Shown: piece after piece, positions 37,629-41,222 of the stretch
Numbering within the stretch: position 1 is the first letter of the stretch
Layout: the number at the start of each line of letters is the position of its first letter
Source of the DNA: Spirochaetales bacterium
GTDB taxonomy: Bacteria > Spirochaetota > Spirochaetia > JABEVK01
NCBI GenBank assembly: GCA_037142615.1
Contig: JBAXAI010000034.1
Location: 1 to 41,222, forward strand
DNA length: 41,222 bases
Reading direction: 5' to 3'
Program-made: the position numbers and the translations under genes
The notes under the pieces: generated by a model
The model's input: the letters and a program-made list of their open reading frames with translations, nothing else
Told to the model about the DNA's origin: nothing
Database searches by the model: none

Positions 37629-38360
37629 ATGAAGAAGTTTATTCTGGTCGCCCTCGCGGCGGCCGCGCTGTTCTCTGCTTGCACCGCTCCCGCCAAGAAA
37701 CTGGTTGTCGCCCAAGACACGACGTTCCCGCCCATGGAGTTCATCAACGACGCCAAGGAGCAGGTCGGGTTCGACGTCGATCTGGTGAAGGCGGTCGCCA
37801 AGGAAGCCAAGCTCGACGTTGAGTTCAAGTCTGTCAACTGGGACGGCATCTTCGCCGGCTTGGCCAACGACACCTACGACATCGTCGCTTCGTCGGTCAC
37901 GATCACCGACGAGCGCAAGGCCAACATGGACTTCTCGACGCCCTACGTGAACGCCGGGCAGGTCCTCGTGGTGCTGATCGACAACAACAAAGACACCAAG
38001 CTTTCTGACTTTGTCGGCCGCAACGTGGGCGCCCAGGTGAACACGACCGGCTCGATGGAAGTCGACAAGATCAAGGAAATCAAGCTCAAGGCCTACGACG
38101 ACATTGCGTTGTCGTTCGACGACCTGGTCAATGCGCGTGTCGAGGCCGTCGTGATCGACGCCCCCGTTGCCGGGCAGTACATCAAGAACGCCAAGTTCGC
38201 CGGTAAGATCAAGGTCGTTGGTGAGCCGATGACCAATGAGTTCTACGGGCTTGTCGTGAAGAAGGGCAACAAGGAACTGCTGGACAAGATCAACGCGGCG
38301 CTGGCCACGCTGGAATCGAACGGCACCTTGGAAGCGCTGAAGACGCAGTGGCTGAAGTAA
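37629..38360 (+). CDS. Polar amino-acid ABC transporter substrate-binding lipoprotein (paralog)
   Basis: Lipobox FSA-C; FPPMEF, GFDVDL, SSVTITDER, FSTPY. Confidence 0.93.
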   Translation: MKKFILVALAAAALFSACTAPAKKLVVAQDTTFPPMEFINDAKEQVGFDVDLVKAVAKEAKLDVEFKSVNWDGIFAGLANDTYDIVASSVTITDERKANMDFSTPYVNAGQVLVVLIDNNKDTKLSDFVGRNVGAQVNTTGSMEVDKIKEIKLKAYDDIALSFDDLVNARVEAVVIDAPVAGQYIKNAKFAGKIKVVGEPMTNEFYGLVVKKGNKELLDKINAALATLESNGTLEALKTQWLK

Positions 38361-39238
38361 GACCTGTTCCAGTTCGGATCCAGGTTACCGACGGGGCGCT
38401 GATTCCCGGCAAGGGCGACAAGACTGTCCGTGCCAGTTGGAAGATCGCTCTGTTCGGTGCTCTGGGCCTTCTCGTGTTTTTGCCGCTCTACAACATGGCC
38501 CCGGTACAGGAGTTCGTCCTGTCGCTGTGGGCCTCGTTGTTTCCCTCGCCTGAGTTGACCGCCCGTCTGGTCGATCTGCGGACCGGGAAGTACCAGAACA
38601 TCTGGGTCGACATCCTGCTGTACCTGCCCGACGGACTCTCGGTCACGTTTTCGGTGACGCTGTCGTCGATCCTTCTGGCCACCGTGTTCGGTTTGGCTGC
38701 GGGCTTGGGCCAGATCAGCCGGGTTGTGCTTCTCAATCGGATCGCCACGGTCTACGTCGAGGTGATCCGGGGCATTCCTCTGCTGGTGCAGATCTTCTAC
38801 ATCTACTTTGCCTTGGGCAGCGTGTTTCACCTCGATGGTTTCTTTGCTGCCGTGCTCTCCATGGCCTTTTGTTACGGCGCCTACATGGGCGAGATTTTCC
38901 GGGCCGGTATCCAGGCTGTGCCTGTGGGGCAGATGGAAGCCGCTTTGGCCCTGGGCCTGAGTCGCACTCAGGCCATCCGGCTGATCATTCTCCCGCAAAC
39001 GGTCAAAATCATCCTGCCGGCCATCGGCAACGAGTTCATCGCCCTGCTCAAGGACAGTTCCATGGTCAGCGTCATGGCGCTGGTCGACCTGCTTCGCCTG
39101 GCCAAGAACTACGGTTCCAACCACGGCGACTATTTTCCACCGCTGACCGTCGTTGCGCTCGTGTACTTGGTCATGACGCTGATTCTGAGCTGGCTGGTTG
39201 CGCTCATGGAAGAGAGGTTGAACCAAAATGCCCGATAG
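38348..39238 (+). CDS. Amino-acid ABC transporter permease
   Basis: [44 protein letters not shown]; start uncertain. Confidence 0.92.
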   Translation: MAEVRPVPVRIQVTDGALIPGKGDKTVRASWKIALFGALGLLVFLPLYNMAPVQEFVLSLWASLFPSPELTARLVDLRTGKYQNIWVDILLYLPDGLSVTFSVTLSSILLATVFGLAAGLGQISRVVLLNRIATVYVEVIRGIPLLVQIFYIYFALGSVFHLDGFFAAVLSMAFCYGAYMGEIFRAGIQAVPVGQMEAALALGLSRTQAIRLIILPQTVKIILPAIGNEFIALLKDSSMVSVMALVDLLRLAKNYGSNHGDYFPPLTVVALVYLVMTLILSWLVALMEERLNQNAR

Positions 39239-39959
39239 AGTTCGCATCGAGAACGCCACCAAGTCGTTTGGCGAGCTCAAGGCCCTCAAGAACGTTTCGA
39301 TGACCGTCCGCGCCGGCGAAACCGTCGTGGTGATCGGACCTTCGGGCAGCGGCAAGAGCACCCTTCTGAGAGCCGTGAACCGGCTCGAGGTGCTGACCTC
39401 GGGCGACATCTGGATTGACGACGACCACGTCACCAATCATGGCTCCGACATCCGCCGCATCCGCGAGGAAGTCGGCATGGTGTTCCAGAACTTCCACCTG
39501 TTTCCGCACCTGAGTGTTTTGCAGAACATCATGCTGGCCCCGACCAGCGTGAAAAAGCGACCGAAGGCCGAGGCCGAGAAGCAAGCGCTGGATTTGCTCG
39601 CGCGCGTCGGTTTGTCCGAAAAGCGCGATGCCTGGCCCGAACAGCTTTCGGGCGGGCAAAAACAGCGCGTCGCCATTGCGAGAGCGCTCGCCATGGAGCC
39701 CAAGGTGATGCTTTTTGACGAGCCCACCTCGGCCCTCGACCCCGAAATGGTCAAAGAGGTGCTCGACGTCATGCTCGACTTGGCCAAGTCGGGAATGACC
39801 CTGATGGTCGTGACTCACGAAATGGGGTTCGCCAAGGCGGCTGCCCACCGCGTGGTGTTCATGGATCAGGGCGAAATCATCGAAGTCGGTAGTCCTGCCG
39901 AGCTTTTTGAGCACCCCCAAAACGATCGCACCCGCAAGTTCTTGGCTCATATCCTTTGA
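39228..39959 (+). CDS. Amino-acid ABC transporter ATP-binding protein (GlnQ family)
   Basis: [42 protein letters not shown]. Confidence 0.95.
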   Translation: MPDRVRIENATKSFGELKALKNVSMTVRAGETVVVIGPSGSGKSTLLRAVNRLEVLTSGDIWIDDDHVTNHGSDIRRIREEVGMVFQNFHLFPHLSVLQNIMLAPTSVKKRPKAEAEKQALDLLARVGLSEKRDAWPEQLSGGQKQRVAIARALAMEPKVMLFDEPTSALDPEMVKEVLDVMLDLAKSGMTLMVVTHEMGFAKAAAHRVVFMDQGEIIEVGSPAELFEHPQNDRTRKFLAHIL

Positions 39960-40016
39960 GCTGACGCTCAATGAGTTTGAGCCCTCGCAGTTCTTCGAAA
40001 TGCGGGCCAAGCTTCT

Positions 40017-41069
40017 TTAGTCTTGAGAAAGACTGTACAGGGTGGTTCTCGACAGCAGGTAGAGGACACCTTCGGGCGACTGCGCCACGTCGATCAGGGC
40101 TCCGAGTTCACCACCAACCAGTTCCTCATAGAACGTGATTTTCGTCGGCGACTTGATGTCGAGCGTCAGGTGGTACAGCACGCCTTCCCCGGCACCGGTG
40201 AACAGCAGGGAGCCTTCCCAGTCGCCTCCGGCCACGAAAACCGCCCCTCCCGGAATCCAGGAATGACCACTCGAGCAGTAGATGACCGGCTTGACGACGC
40301 CAGCGACGACTTCACGAGCCAGATGCTTCGGCCAACCGTAGTCCTTGCCCTTCTCGATCAGGTCGAGCTCGTCCATCGTGCCCTTGGGAATCACGGGCCC
40401 ACGGTCGAGCGCATACAGCCGGTCGGTTCCCGGTTGCCAAGCCAGACCGCGCAGGTCGCGCAGGCCGTAGGCCCACACGGGCGACTTCGGGTCGGGATTG
40501 TCGGCAGGAATGGTGCCGTCGAGTTCGAAGCGCAGCAGGACCGCTCTGAGATTGACCGGGGTGACCAACGACGCCTCGCTACCCCCGTCACCGATGCCAG
40601 CGTACAGTTTGCCGTCGGGCCCAATCGCCAGTACGCCCCCGGGATGCTCGGAGCCCGACGGCAGGTTGTCGGCAATCACCCGGTTGAGCAGGCCCCCGGT
40701 GGCGCTGTCGCGAAGGCGGATGATGCGTAGCGTGATGTCGCCGCCGCTGTAAAACGCCTGAAGCGCGTAAACGTACCCGTTGGAGCCGAAGTCGCGGTCG
40801 GCCGCGATCCCCAGCAGCCCGAGTTCCGGCCCGGTCATGGTGCTCAAGGTGAGGTCGGCCCAGAGCTCGGGTGCCGACTTGGCACCGGGGTAGACCCGAA
40901 GAATGGTGCCAGCCCGCTGCGCCACCAGCAACGAGCCATCGGGCAGGGCCTCCAGATCGACCGGGTCTTGGAACGGGTTGGCAAGCGGTGTTGTCTGCGC
41001 CGCGAAGGCGTTTGGAACGAGCAATGTCAAGGCGCAAAGGAACGCCGCGAGACGGTGGGGGACAGGCAT
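40017..41069 (-). CDS. PQQ-dependent glucose/sorbosone dehydrogenase family protein
   Basis: Signal peptide; LPDG.LLV, GLLGIA, H.GG.LAIGPDGKLY..IGD, IPADNP, WAYGLR, DYGWP. Confidence 0.85.
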   Translation of the reverse strand: MPVPHRLAAFLCALTLLVPNAFAAQTTPLANPFQDPVDLEALPDGSLLVAQRAGTILRVYPGAKSAPELWADLTLSTMTGPELGLLGIAADRDFGSNGYVYALQAFYSGGDITLRIIRLRDSATGGLLNRVIADNLPSGSEHPGGVLAIGPDGKLYAGIGDGGSEASLVTPVNLRAVLLRFELDGTIPADNPDPKSPVWAYGLRDLRGLAWQPGTDRLYALDRGPVIPKGTMDELDLIEKGKDYGWPKHLAREVVAGVVKPVIYCSSGHSWIPGGAVFVAGGDWEGSLLFTGAGEGVLYHLTLDIKSPTKITFYEELVGGELGALIDVAQSPEGVLYLLSRTTLYSLSQD

Positions 41070-41098
41070 GGGCAACAGTATAGTCGTGATTCCCCCCT

Positions 41099-41127
41099 TT
41101 GCAAAACCCCATGGTTTCTGCTAAGGT
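41099..41127 (+). promoter_or_regulatory. tRNA promoter
   Basis: TTGCAA-N17-TAAGGT with extended TG and a GC-rich discriminator. Confidence 0.65.
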
Positions 41128-41138
41128 TGTCGCGCGTT

Positions 41139-41222
41139 GGAGAGATGTCTGAGTGGTTTAAGGTAACGGACTCGAAATCCGTCGTAGGGCAACCTACCGG
41201 GGGTTCGAATCCCCCTCTCTCC
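41139..41222 (+). tRNA. tRNA-Ser(CGA), 3' end at window edge
   Basis: GGAGAGA/TCTCTCC acceptor stem, ACGGA-CTCGAAA-TCCGT anticodon arm, long variable arm GTAGG-GCAA-CCTAC, GGTTCGAATCC. Confidence 0.97.

Noticed and set aside
41139-41222. tRNA-Ser as integration site for the defence island
   Set aside because: No duplicated tRNA 3' end was seen in the window, and its downstream side is outside the sequence

Overview
GC-rich bacterial chromosome window, most likely from a spirochaete (inferred from flgM-rsmI adjacency and the types of PilZ, TrmH and Fe-ADH-like proteins). Positions ~1.2-11.7 kb form a defence/toxin-antitoxin (TA) hotspot starting at the 3' end of rocD. It contains MNT-HEPN, DUF1778-GNAT, an orphan HicB, a collapsed vapBC remnant, a four-gene restriction-modification locus (vsr, an HNH nuclease, a Dcm-like MTase with N-terminal HTH, and an MvaI/BcnI REase), AbrB-Doc, DinJ with a broken YafQ, Phd-VapC and a collapsed AAA/DUF4143 remnant. 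No integrase or transposase is present. The first two TA modules are each followed by a short, mostly synonymously diverged copy of a segment near the rocD 3' end, which suggests serial module accretion at rocD. Both RM-locus nucleases share an N-terminal K-x-[IL]-S-x-N-D-x-x-K motif (EcoRII-N/B3-like by inference). The rest is largely housekeeping: MCP, hpt, trmH, a degenerate Fe-ADH, flgM, rsmI, lysA, MFS, a nested hairpin/MITE-like repeat cluster, a kinase-like ORF, two hybrid histidine kinases, fabD-fabG-fabF-PilZ-DUF4139, tag, hppA, crtZ, slyD, a polar amino-acid ABC system, a GSDH and tRNA-Ser(CGA). Many genes appear leaderless. All calls come from reading motifs by eye; no database search was run.
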